From: a bacterium | GTDB taxonomy: Bacteria; Bacteroidota; Bacteroidia; Bacteroidales; WCHB1-69 | Length of the DNA stretch: 64,000 nucleotides | Assembly (NCBI GenBank): GCA_963643165.1 | Contig: CAVIJD010000009.1 | Coordinates: 940-64,939 of the forward strand | Reading direction: 5' to 3' | Part shown: positions 47,694-57,533 of the stretch, in pieces | Layout: the number at the start of each line of letters is the position of its first letter | Numbering within the stretch: the first letter of the stretch is position 1 | Translations under genes and position numbers: made by a program | The notes under the pieces: generated by a model | Database searches by the model: none | What the model saw: only the letters and a program-made list of their open reading frames with translations | Told to the model about the DNA's origin: nothing

Positions 47694-48881
47694 CTATAAC
47701 GTAAATTTGAGGCCGATATAGTGGTTACCTTTCCATTTGTGGGTAAATCTGTAAGCGTAGTCAATATAGATGCGGCTGCCATTGTTTCCTTTAGCCAAAG
47801 GAATGACGGCGGTAGCGCCTACAGAAGGTCCAATGAAGAAGGAGTCGCTGTTAAGCAACACCGTTGTGACTGTCTGTGTAGCATCGTTGGCGTTTGTTTC
47901 TTTCTGTGAGCTGATGTTCTCCAAAGAGTAGCCGGCGCGGACCATAAAATAGTTCATGAAGCCATACTCGACACCGACGGCGAAAATGTCGCGGGTGTAA
48001 GAGTTAGCCGTGAAAGAACCGGCGAGCGTGATTCTGTGTTGAGCGTCATCACGGGTAAGGCCTTCAGCTTCGAGGTCTTCTTTAGACATAGAAGCGTACT
48101 CCTTGCCGAAGAAGAGGAAGTCGTAAGACACGCCGATGGCAAGCAAAGCGGGCATCTCATATTCAGCGGAACGGACAGCAAGTGTCTGCTCGTGCGTAGA
48201 ACCGGTGATGATGCTTCTGAAAGTCATACCGTCACCTTTGTAACTCATCGGGAGACCGATATTGCGCAAGGAGACACCGATTTTGAAGTTTTCGAATTTG
48301 CCTGCGATGTATTGCACACCAGCATCAATGGCGAATCCCGTAGCGTGGAGGTCGGCAATGCTCTCGTTGATGATCTTCAGGGAGAGACCACCCTTGATGA
48401 AGTTGTTGAAAGACTTAGCGTAATGAAGGCCGATGTACATCAGGTTCGGGCTGAATGTACCAAGACCACCCTCAGGCTGTGCGACGGTAGTGATGGGCAC
48501 ATCGCCGAAGCCCATAGACATGAAAGATACACCAAGCACACCGAAATCCTTTCCTTTGCGCCCGAGTTTCTGCGCAAAGGAAAGTGAATTGATGTTAATG
48601 CCAGCGTTAGAACCGACGAGGTATTGCGTGCGGTTGAAGCAGAGTTCAGTTTTCTTGACGTACGTAAGACCTGCCACGTTGGAATAGACAGACTCCAAAC
48701 CACGGATTTCTGCAATGCCGGCGTTTGCCATACCATTGGAACGGGCCCACGGGTCAATCAGCAGATGAGATGCACCGGCTTGGCCTGAACGGTCTCTATT
48801 ACCTGCCCATGCGTTTTTTGGCATGCCGGCGACCAAAAGGGCAACTCCTGCGAAAATTATTAATGATTTTATGTTTTTCAT
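47694..48881 (-). CDS. PorV/PorQ-family (FadL-like) outer-membrane beta-barrel protein
   Basis: Signal peptide, then GQAGASHLLIDPWARSNGMANAGIAEIRGLESVYSNVAGL. This matches the family N-terminal pattern G-x-AGA-x-x-L-x-I-x-x-x-AR-x-x-GM-x-x-AG-x-A...N-x-AGL. Ends in ...IGLKFTL. Confidence 0.6.
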   Translation of the reverse strand: MKNIKSLIIFAGVALLVAGMPKNAWAGNRDRSGQAGASHLLIDPWARSNGMANAGIAEIRGLESVYSNVAGLTYVKKTELCFNRTQYLVGSNAGININSLSFAQKLGRKGKDFGVLGVSFMSMGFGDVPITTVAQPEGGLGTFSPNLMYIGLHYAKSFNNFIKGGLSLKIINESIADLHATGFAIDAGVQYIAGKFENFKIGVSLRNIGLPMSYKGDGMTFRSIITGSTHEQTLAVRSAEYEMPALLAIGVSYDFLFFGKEYASMSKEDLEAEGLTRDDAQHRITLAGSFTANSYTRDIFAVGVEYGFMNYFMVRAGYSLENISSQKETNANDATQTVTTVLLNSDSFFIGPSVGATAVIPLAKGNNGSRIYIDYAYRFTHKWKGNHYIGLKFTL

Positions 48882-48911
48882 ATTCTTATCGTTTTTTCTG
48901 GATTAGTAATT

Positions 48912-51900
48912 TTAGAAACCATTCAAGTCGGTAGGACGCATTGCACAGAAGAATTTGAGCGTACGTTCGCCGAGACCAGGAGCTTTGACATGGATGATGT
49001 AAACGCCGCCTGCAATCGGAATGTTGGCATGGTTCTTCAAATCCCATTGTACGTAAGTTGTGTTGGCATCACCCTTGGTGATTGTCCTGATCAATGTTCC
49101 GCTAACGGTATAGATGGAAATCGTACAGTTTGCAGGAAGGTTGACGATGCGGACATAGTTCTCAAGAGCGGTGGACTCGTATTGTGAGAATCCATAGTAC
49201 GGATTAGGAACAATGTTGATCTCATCAAGCACGTTCTGGACAGCCTCCTTAGATTCGGTCACAGCCGTAGGAACAAGGTTCTTCGTGGTGAACTGGTACA
49301 TCGGATAACCGCTGTTCTGAGAAGCATTTGCAGACTGTGCAGGATCACTGTACCAACGTGAGGAGTATCTCAAGTAAGGACGTGTGACACGCAGTTTGAA
49401 AGTGACGTCAGAAGAGAGCCAGTTGTCTTCCTGCAACGTTGCAGGCATCGGGATGCTGGTCCACATTACGTTGTTGAAGAGCTGCATCTTGGCACGTTTA
49501 CGGTCGTTGCTGCCGTAATTTTCGTTGCTGGTGAATGTTTTGAACTTCTCAACAAGCCATTTGCCCTCGTCGTAAGCACCACACTCAAAGTATGGATAAC
49601 TTACGCCATCGGTGCCAACGAATGTGCCGCCTTGACCGCTGGTGATGATGTCATTGTCGTTGTAGTTACGCTGTCTGCTTGAGTTACGGTAGTACATACT
49701 ACAGGTGTTACCTGCACTGTTCATCACATAGATGTAATGACGACCACCATTGAGCGGCTCACCGAAGGTTACACCGTATGAATCTCTGAAGGAGTTGTAA
49801 GTGGTGATAGACATCGGGATCGGTTTGCCCGTCTCTTCATCCAGGATGAGTTCGCCCGTCTGAAGGTTGCGGTAGTAAGCATAGACGTTCGTCGGGTTGA
49901 AAATCATATCGTTACCATTGTTCAGGGTGTCTTCGGAGTTTTCAGCGAACATGATGTTCAGACGCTCACCCGTCTCGACGTTGATGGCATAGCCTGGGAA
50001 CCAACCAAGACCGGTGGTGCCGCTGTTGTCCGGTTTGCCGTCTTTGCCGACAGAAGGAGCATTCTTAGGCTCATGTCTCACGTTGCGGTAAGTCTGGCCG
50101 TTGAACTGCTGCTCAACTTTATAGTCGTTAGCCTGTGTAGCAGAACCAGCCTCAAGCACGACGGCTCTGGTCCATTTGCTCTGGTCGGGCGTGATGACCA
50201 CATCAACAGAGTAAAGGTTGGTGAGCGTTTGGTTGTAACCCGGGTTGTAAGGTTGTGCTGCAATAGCTGTGAAGTCGAAGTAAGCCGGTTGAGGAGAGCC
50301 TTCGTCCTGACCATAGTAAACATTGTCAGGTACAAGGTATTTGGCTTGAGGACCGCCATCATACGGGGAAGAAAGCACGTAAGGAGCCCAAGTTCCATTG
50401 AGAACGCCTTCGAATTGCTGCTCAGGATCTTTGAAACCACGAGTCTTTTCGTCTTTGTTCAATGTCTTGGCTGCCATAATGGTACACATATCTTCGGTAC
50501 GCCACTGATAGTACTTGTCTTCAGCACCTTCCTGTACGGAGTTGGTTTCCCATTTACCGGAAGACTGTTGACCTGCGTGGATCCAGTTGGCGGGATAGTC
50601 ACCCTCCTGATCAGCCACAAAGTCAAGCCACTGAATGTCGCCGGAGTATTCAACCGTAGCGTCGATGAAGTCAACCTGACCATATTTAGCAAGGTTAGCG
50701 TAGGTGTAACCACCAGCGGTATTGACGACGTATTCATCGAGGTCATTCTGGTGGATTGCGAAGTTGTAATTCTTGATAGAGATGGAAATACCTAAATCGA
50801 GGAAGAGCTCTTCATTTGTCATGGAGATAGGCATGCCAGCGGTGGTGACGCGGTCGAGTCCAAGGTCAGCAAGTTCTTCGTCGGTAACATCGTCAGAGAT
50901 GATGAGCTGCCATTCAGTGCTGTCGTTCACATCTTCAGAAACGCTGTTGGGCAAGAATTTCACAACATAGTCGTAAGGTTTCACCTGCAGCGGGTCGATG
51001 ACCTTAATGCTCAAAGGACCGTAGTTTTCTTTGTATTGAACATTATTGTAGGTGTTGTTGGCAAGGATGAGGTCGCGGGACTCGTCTGTGAGATCGAGGA
51101 AGAAACCGCCGTTGCCCTGACCCTCAATACGGGTAATCATAGGCTGGTCGCCGTAAACACTGTTGGTGAGGTTATCGATGGGTTTGTGAGGAACGCCGGT
51201 GTAAACTTTGATGTTACGACGTCCTGCAAGGTACGGGGTCGTCTGGCCGTCAAGGTTCGTAGCGTCCAAGGTGAATTTCTTGAACTCATTGTAACCGTAT
51301 GCGATAACCATGAAGTAATACTCCTTGTGGTTTACAAGGTTCTTGTTAGAACCCGTTGCAAATTTGTCTTCGGTTACGATAAAGGAGTGGGAGATGCCCT
51401 TGTTGCTACCGTTGACCATTTCAGTGGCCACAGAAGTTCCGACTGCATCGTTGTAGATCCAGTTGACAATCTGAGAAGCATTGTTCTCAACGTCACATTG
51501 TGCAATCAGCATAGCTTTGCTGACATCGTTGAGGTCGGTTGCACTTACAGAAGCGTTGGCAAGCTGATAAATCTGATAACCTTCAAATTTGTACTGACGG
51601 TCTTCTGTAGAAAGTGTGTCCGTAGTCGTGACGGGCATAATGGAAGAAGTTACGATAGTGTCAGGATTACCCTCTGCATCGTAAGCATAGACGGTATCAA
51701 TCTGGTTGACATATTCCGTAGAAGTGAGCGTTTTGGTAATCTGCGGGTCAAGTTCAACGTAAGACTCGTGGTAGTTGTTGCTGTTAGGATCGTCGTTGGA
51801 CAGGTAAATCACAAGTTGATTTTCGAGTTCGCGGATAGTCATGTCAGGAGCGTCAGGGCCATCGAGGGTCTTGAAGCAGTTCTCGAACAGAGACTGGCAC

Positions 51901-53612
51901 TTATCGTCAGCGATTTTCAGAAGGTCAACAGAAGCCTGTGCGCCACCCTGTGATGCACGTGCCCAGGGAATACCAACGGTGATGTAGTTTACAGAACCCG
52001 GTTTCAGCGTGAACGGACCAGCGGACTGCATGAAACGACGGTCGTAAGGAGCGTTGCCTTCGTTAGCCTCTGTCCAGCCGCCATCCTTAGAGTAGTTCGG
52101 CTCGATGCCTTGCGTACCCCAGTTACAAACGTCAGAAGTTCCAGGGAACATGAAGTCGCAATCAGGACCGTTGCTGTCGTGGGCGTTGCCGCCGAATTTC
52201 ATCTTGGTATTGTCTTTCCAAATACCCTGAAGCATGTTATAATATTCGTAAGCCTCGCTCGGGTCACCAACTACGGTGTTGTCGTTGTTATGATACACGA
52301 ATCTTCTCATACCATAACGCTCGTTATCAACGATACCGTCGCCGAAGTTCACACCATTGATGGCCATCTGGTCGTTAGCGTAGCTGCTCTTGAGGAACTT
52401 GTCGCAATATCCGGAGAAAGAAGCGCTGTCAGCGTAGAATTTCGGGTTGTCTCTGTTGTCGGCATCCATATAAGGTCCTTGGAAGAAGTCAACACCGATT
52501 GCGGGCGGTTGGTCTCCATAAGCCCAAGTTTGGCCGGAACCGTCAACGTTAGTACCGTTGTAGCAGTATCCAAGACCACGACCCACGTCGCAACCTACAT
52601 AGTCATCGTAAGCGTAACCAAGGTCCGGGTCAACCCACTGGGAGAAGAAAGTGTTGGTAAGGGTATAGGTTGAACGGTTGATAATCTCGTAGGAGTAGAA
52701 TGTCATGTTGTTGAGGTCGTCATTCGTAGAGAAGCCGAAAGCCTGTCCACGGATTTCAAGGCCGATAGGGCTACCGCCGGACTCCGTGTGGGGACCGCCG
52801 TTATCGTTGAAGATCCAGAACATGGTTGCGTCGCCTTTCAAGACGTGGTCGGCATAGATCATACCGTTAGAACGGTTGTAGTCGGGTTCGGAACCCGGGT
52901 AGTTTCTTTGTTCAAGCCAAAGGTCCTCAGGAGTTCTGGGGAGTTCGTGAGCAGCTGCGGCAGCAATGTTGTCCTCTGTCCAAGGGCAGAGCTCATTATT
53001 GATGTCGTAGTACGGGTAGTCACCATTTTCAGGGTCATAGACACCGTTGCCGTTCACATCCTTGAAGGGGGCAAGGTAGTAAGAATAACCCTCGTCGCCG
53101 TGGGCTGGCCAGTTGGCGATTGAAGAAGGCATCACATAACCGGAAGTGTTGTAGCCGGCAATGTGCTGGTCAACTTCGGAACGTGTGATTTTGAAATGTT
53201 TGTCGAATTTGATACACATGGACTGCGTTGTACCGGCACCAGAGATTTTCAGAGGGCCTGTCCAGTAGTCGTTACCGACTTGTCTGAAACGTACAGCAGC
53301 GAGTTTGAGCTGACCGTTAGCGTCGCGGCCGCCAATCCACAGAGCAGCGCAGAACATAGAGGTCTTGCCTGAACCGAGCGGAATCTCGTATTCAGCCAAT
53401 TCTTTGAACCACATGGTACCGCCTGTCTCGAGGTATGCACGAACATTGTTAATAGTAAGTTCGTTAGAACCGCTGGCGGGAAGACAAGTAGCAGATTCTG
53501 CCTTCGGTGTGGATACTCTTTGCGCTCCTTTTGACTTCTCGGCGTGCACAGAACTGAAAGCCATGCACACGAGCAGGAGCATCAAGCAGAAAATTTTACC
53601 GTTATTTTTCAT
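48912..53612 (-). CDS. 1566-aa secreted protein of unknown function with T9SS-like C-terminal domain
   Basis: Signal peptide MKNNGKIFCLMLLLVCMAFSSVHA and one long uninterrupted ORF. I recognise no catalytic motif. Conspicuous blocks: ANWPAHGDEGYSYYLAPFKDVNGNGVYDPENGDYPYY and WVDPDLGYAYDDYVGCDVGRGLGYCYNG. Confidence 0.85.
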   Translation of the reverse strand: MKNNGKIFCLMLLLVCMAFSSVHAEKSKGAQRVSTPKAESATCLPASGSNELTINNVRAYLETGGTMWFKELAEYEIPLGSGKTSMFCAALWIGGRDANGQLKLAAVRFRQVGNDYWTGPLKISGAGTTQSMCIKFDKHFKITRSEVDQHIAGYNTSGYVMPSSIANWPAHGDEGYSYYLAPFKDVNGNGVYDPENGDYPYYDINNELCPWTEDNIAAAAAHELPRTPEDLWLEQRNYPGSEPDYNRSNGMIYADHVLKGDATMFWIFNDNGGPHTESGGSPIGLEIRGQAFGFSTNDDLNNMTFYSYEIINRSTYTLTNTFFSQWVDPDLGYAYDDYVGCDVGRGLGYCYNGTNVDGSGQTWAYGDQPPAIGVDFFQGPYMDADNRDNPKFYADSASFSGYCDKFLKSSYANDQMAINGVNFGDGIVDNERYGMRRFVYHNNDNTVVGDPSEAYEYYNMLQGIWKDNTKMKFGGNAHDSNGPDCDFMFPGTSDVCNWGTQGIEPNYSKDGGWTEANEGNAPYDRRFMQSAGPFTLKPGSVNYITVGIPWARASQGGAQASVDLLKIADDKCQSLFENCFKTLDGPDAPDMTIRELENQLVIYLSNDDPNSNNYHESYVELDPQITKTLTSTEYVNQIDTVYAYDAEGNPDTIVTSSIMPVTTTDTLSTEDRQYKFEGYQIYQLANASVSATDLNDVSKAMLIAQCDVENNASQIVNWIYNDAVGTSVATEMVNGSNKGISHSFIVTEDKFATGSNKNLVNHKEYYFMVIAYGYNEFKKFTLDATNLDGQTTPYLAGRRNIKVYTGVPHKPIDNLTNSVYGDQPMITRIEGQGNGGFFLDLTDESRDLILANNTYNNVQYKENYGPLSIKVIDPLQVKPYDYVVKFLPNSVSEDVNDSTEWQLIISDDVTDEELADLGLDRVTTAGMPISMTNEELFLDLGISISIKNYNFAIHQNDLDEYVVNTAGGYTYANLAKYGQVDFIDATVEYSGDIQWLDFVADQEGDYPANWIHAGQQSSGKWETNSVQEGAEDKYYQWRTEDMCTIMAAKTLNKDEKTRGFKDPEQQFEGVLNGTWAPYVLSSPYDGGPQAKYLVPDNVYYGQDEGSPQPAYFDFTAIAAQPYNPGYNQTLTNLYSVDVVITPDQSKWTRAVVLEAGSATQANDYKVEQQFNGQTYRNVRHEPKNAPSVGKDGKPDNSGTTGLGWFPGYAINVETGERLNIMFAENSEDTLNNGNDMIFNPTNVYAYYRNLQTGELILDEETGKPIPMSITTYNSFRDSYGVTFGEPLNGGRHYIYVMNSAGNTCSMYYRNSSRQRNYNDNDIITSGQGGTFVGTDGVSYPYFECGAYDEGKWLVEKFKTFTSNENYGSNDRKRAKMQLFNNVMWTSIPMPATLQEDNWLSSDVTFKLRVTRPYLRYSSRWYSDPAQSANASQNSGYPMYQFTTKNLVPTAVTESKEAVQNVLDEINIVPNPYYGFSQYESTALENYVRIVNLPANCTISIYTVSGTLIRTITKGDANTTYVQWDLKNHANIPIAGGVYIIHVKAPGLGERTLKFFCAMRPTDLNGF
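48915..49217 (-). other. T9SS-CTD-like terminal domain (101 aa) of the 1566-aa protein
   Basis: NIVPNPYYG...ISIYTVSGTLIRTI...WDLKN...AGGVYIIHVKAPGLGERTLKFF, followed by an extra tail CAMRPTDLNGF. Confidence 0.55.
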
Positions 53613-53640
53613 ATATGTACTTTATTTTTATTTCTAACTA

Positions 53641-56600
53641 TTAAAAACCGAATTGGATACCCAAACTTGCGCGGATCGGGCGACTGTAGTTATACGGGTT
53701 CTGAACTCTCATCTGGTAGTATGCGATGTAAGAAGGCACATAGATCTGAGAGTTGATTGCCTGCTGGTACTCAGAAGCGGAAAGGTAACCATCATCATCG
53801 GCATTGCCCGTGTAGTCATACACAGAAACGATGTTCTTGAAGTTGAACAGGTTCTGGATGTCAACATAAATGGTCAGGTAACCCGGTTTTGCTGATTTTG
53901 CATTTCCGTCTTTGTCTTTGGCATTTTTGTTCAAGTTGAACACGAAAGTCTTGTCAATACGAAGGTCACACTGATACTGCCACGGCATGTTAGAACCATA
54001 GAGGGAACCGGAGATGGTGGAAGTGGTACCGGAGACGATGGTAGAGTTAGGTGTGCTTGAACGGGTGTACGGTGTACCGGAAGCGGCAGAGAACAACAAT
54101 GAAACGCCTGTGTTGGCCAACCATTGAATGGTCTTCGTCGTCGGCTTGCCGTCAACCATGACAGTCTTCTCACTTGTAGGTCCGTCGTAGTCAACACCAC
54201 CGTCGAAACGATAGTCGAGGTTGATACCGATTCTGTGTCTTTGGTCGAATGACAGGTTGGTCAGCGTTCTCAAGTTCGGCTGGTTGGCAGCCAAAATTGA
54301 AAGCTGTGAAGTTGTGCTGGAACCAGTACCTTTAGCATACTGAAGCGTGTAGTTTGCAGAAAGCGTGAGGTTGTGGGTTCTGTTCATCTTGTAAGCGAAC
54401 GTGAAACCTTGTACTGTACCGAAGTCGATGTTCTGGTAAGAATAATAGGTGTTCGGATATGCGCCCGTGAAGCGGTAAGCTTGGATCTGGTTACGTTTTT
54501 CAGAATAGTAAGCGCTGATGCTGATAGAAGATCTGGCACCGATTTTCTGACGGAAACCGATTTCATAGTCAATACTCTGCTGAGGTTTCAGGTTGGGGTT
54601 GTTCACGATGTCGCTGGTGGATTTACGTTGCGAAATGAACAGATAGTCAATCGGTGAAATCTGCAGGTTGGTCGGACGGGATGTGATGATGTTGTAGTGA
54701 GCGTAGAACAAAGAGTTGTCAGACACCGGGAAAGAGAAAGAGACGCGAGGCATCACAGACCACTGTGCAACGTAGTCGGTGAATGCGTTAGATTCAACTT
54801 TCGTGATGCCGCCAATGAGGTTGTTGTTCTCGTCATAGAGCGGGTTCTTCAAGACAGGACCGTTAACGTTAAGTGAAAGAGCCGTCTCAGGGTTCGTAAC
54901 CTCATTACCTTGTGCATCGTACCAGGTGTCACCACTACGGTAACCGACGATAGAGCTGGAGGTGAAGCCGTCACCGCCGATTTCGCTTTCGCTCATATAA
55001 GTGTCAGAGCCGGAATAATAAACGACCCAGTCAGATTCAGCATTGCCTGCGAATACGTCTCCCATTGCCTTGTTGGAGTAGGCAGGGTTCTTGCTGAGGA
55101 TGCTCCACATGTCGCCGACTGTGTAGGCTTCGCGGAACAGGTACGGGTCTTTCAACACTTCCTGGTTGGCGTCAAAACGGTCAACACGCAGACCGATGTT
55201 GAAGAGGAGGGAGTTGATGGAGAACTTGTCTTGCAGATAGAATGCCATGTAGATAGGTTCGTAAGCGCCGATGTTGTAAGAACGCTGGCCGCCGGCAATC
55301 GTATCGTTGAAGAAGTTGGAAATCGTGGTTTTGTGTTTGTTGATTCTTCCCGTGTAGTCATAACCATAGTAGCTGACCATCGGGCTGACACCGCCGGAGG
55401 TTCCTTGGAGAAGTTCCTCGGCTGAGAACATGTTCAGGTTGTAGGTGGAAGGATCGAGGTTGTCGATGTCAATCCAATCGTTACCGTTGGGGTCAAGACC
55501 AAGGGATGTACGCAGGTTGCGGTCGAAGTTGGTCTGCTCGTTCAGGTTGATGGCTCTGTTGTAGTCAACGGTGAAGACGCTGCCGTCATCCGTGATGATG
55601 GGGTTGTCCTTGTCAAGCTCCGAGATGTGAGAGTTGGTCTCATTTCTCATCAACGTCCACAAAGAGACGGGAGCAATGCTGTATCCTCTGTAGGTAAGTT
55701 TTTCAAAGTCGAAACCGAACTTCAACTCGTGGTTCTTGAGGTTCATCGAGATGCTGGCTTTCACGCCCAACTGTTCGGTTTGACCTTTGCTGTATCCGTT
55801 ATAGACGGTACCGGGAGAATAGTACATAGAATAGATAAGGCTCGGGGAGTCACCGTTGCGCAGTGCACCGTACTGCTGGTAAACGTCAAGGTCTATCGGC
55901 AGGCTGGTTGAGCCGTAATAGTCATAATAAGCATTGTTAGTGATGAAATTGTCAACAAAGTTGAGCGTATATTGGGAAAGGATCGGGTTTACGTTAAAGT
56001 TGGGGTTGATTTTGAAAGAGACGATGGAGTCGTACCAGCCCTGGAACTCTACGGCGTTGTAAAGCGTGATGGGCACGCTGTCAACGGTGACGGTCAGTTC
56101 GTCTTGCGCTGAGGAGTAGCCTCTAGCCTTGGTTGTGGTGAACTGGCCCACATAGCCGTACTCGAAGAAACGGTCTTTGTGATTTGCGGCATACGAGTGG
56201 GAGTTGAAGCGTGTATAGTTGACGTTCACGTCATACATCACATTCTTCAGCACGCCGTTGCCGGTGGTATCCGTATAGACACGGTGGTTCAAACGGGCAT
56301 TGAGACGCATGGTGGAGTTGGTCACGATAGGGTTGTTGTCGCCGTTGAGAAGAGCGTAGGTGGTGCTCCAGGATTTACCGTTCACATATTCGTAAGATCC
56401 GCTGAGAGAGAGTCTCATGTTGTTTCTCTTGCCGAGGGTGAAGTCGAGCTTGAGCTGTCCCAGGTAGTCCCAGCTGCCGGCATTTTTTCTGACACGCTCT
56501 TTATGGAAAGCGTCGCTGGTCAGGTAACAACCGGCCTGCTGCCAAGAGCCGAACTCTGAAGAGCTGTAACGCAACGGGTTGGCGATCAGGGCTTCTCTAG

Positions 56601-57486
56601 TTTCGTCGTTTGCAACATAGACACCGCCACGTGCGGGAGATGCGTCATGGTCGTATGAAACCTCACCGCTGAACATGAAACCGATACGGGTGGGGTCGTT
56701 TTTCTTTTTGCCTTTCAAGAGCGGTCCAGAAACGGAAGCTGCGCCCAAGAAATTGTTGTATCCGTCAATGGAACCTCTCAACTCGATGGAGCCGTGGAAG
56801 TCTTTCGGGGCCGACTTGGTCGTAATGACGGTGAAAGATGTTCCGTCGCCGTATTCTGCCGGGATACCACCCTGAATCAACTGGGCTTCCTCGATGGACG
56901 ACATGGAGATACCACCGTTACCACGCACACGCACACCGTCGATGATCGTCTGTTGACCGTCTGAACGGTTACCACGCACAGAGGTCATGGAACCATCGAC
57001 ACTGGAGACACCCTCGAGGTTGGCCAATGCGCTGGTTACAGAACGCCCCGGCGTTGTACGCACGTTGTCACCGCTGATTCGGCTGGTTGAACTGGTGTTG
57101 TCCGGGTCAAAGACAGGCGGTTCATACTTGATGACAACCTCTTCCAAGTCGCTGGAACAGTCAATTGCAAAGTCAATGAAGAGAACCTGACTGGTTCCCA
57201 CCTTAATGCCTGTCTTTTTGAGTGATTTCTTGCAGGTCATCTGGGCGTCAGCCTCGAGGTCGTACGTTCCAAGCTCTACGCCGAACATTGAATACTCACC
57301 CTTGTCATCAGCCATAGCCATGTTCACAACCTTGTCGCTGAGCTTCAGGAAGATCTTTGTGTACTGCAAAGGCTCTCCGGTCTGATCCACGACCTTACCT
57401 TTAATGGTACTGGTCTGCGCAAATGCCATGCCTGAGAAAAGAATAACTACTCCTAGAATTGAGAGTACTTTTTTAATCATAGCCAT
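53641..57486 (-). CDS. Oversized (1281 aa) TonB-dependent-receptor-like outer-membrane protein: CarboxypepD_reg domain + plug + beta-barrel
   Basis: Signal peptide. IKGKVVDQTGEPLQYTKIFL...DDKGEYSMFGVELGTYDL is the CarboxypepD_reg-like part. LEGVSSVDGSMTSVRGNRSDGQQTIIDGVRV...EEAQLIQGGIPAEYGDGTSFTVITTK is the plug. The C-terminus is ...RASLGIQFGF. An alternative ATG lies at 57480. Confidence 0.75.
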   Translation of the reverse strand: MAMIKKVLSILGVVILFSGMAFAQTSTIKGKVVDQTGEPLQYTKIFLKLSDKVVNMAMADDKGEYSMFGVELGTYDLEADAQMTCKKSLKKTGIKVGTSQVLFIDFAIDCSSDLEEVVIKYEPPVFDPDNTSSTSRISGDNVRTTPGRSVTSALANLEGVSSVDGSMTSVRGNRSDGQQTIIDGVRVRGNGGISMSSIEEAQLIQGGIPAEYGDGTSFTVITTKSAPKDFHGSIELRGSIDGYNNFLGAASVSGPLLKGKKKNDPTRIGFMFSGEVSYDHDASPARGGVYVANDETREALIANPLRYSSSEFGSWQQAGCYLTSDAFHKERVRKNAGSWDYLGQLKLDFTLGKRNNMRLSLSGSYEYVNGKSWSTTYALLNGDNNPIVTNSTMRLNARLNHRVYTDTTGNGVLKNVMYDVNVNYTRFNSHSYAANHKDRFFEYGYVGQFTTTKARGYSSAQDELTVTVDSVPITLYNAVEFQGWYDSIVSFKINPNFNVNPILSQYTLNFVDNFITNNAYYDYYGSTSLPIDLDVYQQYGALRNGDSPSLIYSMYYSPGTVYNGYSKGQTEQLGVKASISMNLKNHELKFGFDFEKLTYRGYSIAPVSLWTLMRNETNSHISELDKDNPIITDDGSVFTVDYNRAINLNEQTNFDRNLRTSLGLDPNGNDWIDIDNLDPSTYNLNMFSAEELLQGTSGGVSPMVSYYGYDYTGRINKHKTTISNFFNDTIAGGQRSYNIGAYEPIYMAFYLQDKFSINSLLFNIGLRVDRFDANQEVLKDPYLFREAYTVGDMWSILSKNPAYSNKAMGDVFAGNAESDWVVYYSGSDTYMSESEIGGDGFTSSSIVGYRSGDTWYDAQGNEVTNPETALSLNVNGPVLKNPLYDENNNLIGGITKVESNAFTDYVAQWSVMPRVSFSFPVSDNSLFYAHYNIITSRPTNLQISPIDYLFISQRKSTSDIVNNPNLKPQQSIDYEIGFRQKIGARSSISISAYYSEKRNQIQAYRFTGAYPNTYYSYQNIDFGTVQGFTFAYKMNRTHNLTLSANYTLQYAKGTGSSTTSQLSILAANQPNLRTLTNLSFDQRHRIGINLDYRFDGGVDYDGPTSEKTVMVDGKPTTKTIQWLANTGVSLLFSAASGTPYTRSSTPNSTIVSGTTSTISGSLYGSNMPWQYQCDLRIDKTFVFNLNKNAKDKDGNAKSAKPGYLTIYVDIQNLFNFKNIVSVYDYTGNADDDGYLSASEYQQAINSQIYVPSYIAYYQMRVQNPYNYSRPIRASLGIQFGF

Positions 57487-57533
57487 TAATTTATATTAAA
57501 CTTTAAAATTTATACTATTTTGAATTTGAGCGC

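Noticed and set aside
48912-53612. Could the 1566-aa protein be PorU, given that it sits directly upstream of a PorV-like gene?
   Set aside because: I see no resemblance to the gingipain/C25-like peptidase architecture expected of PorU, and it is far longer. I treat it as an unknown rather than as PorU.
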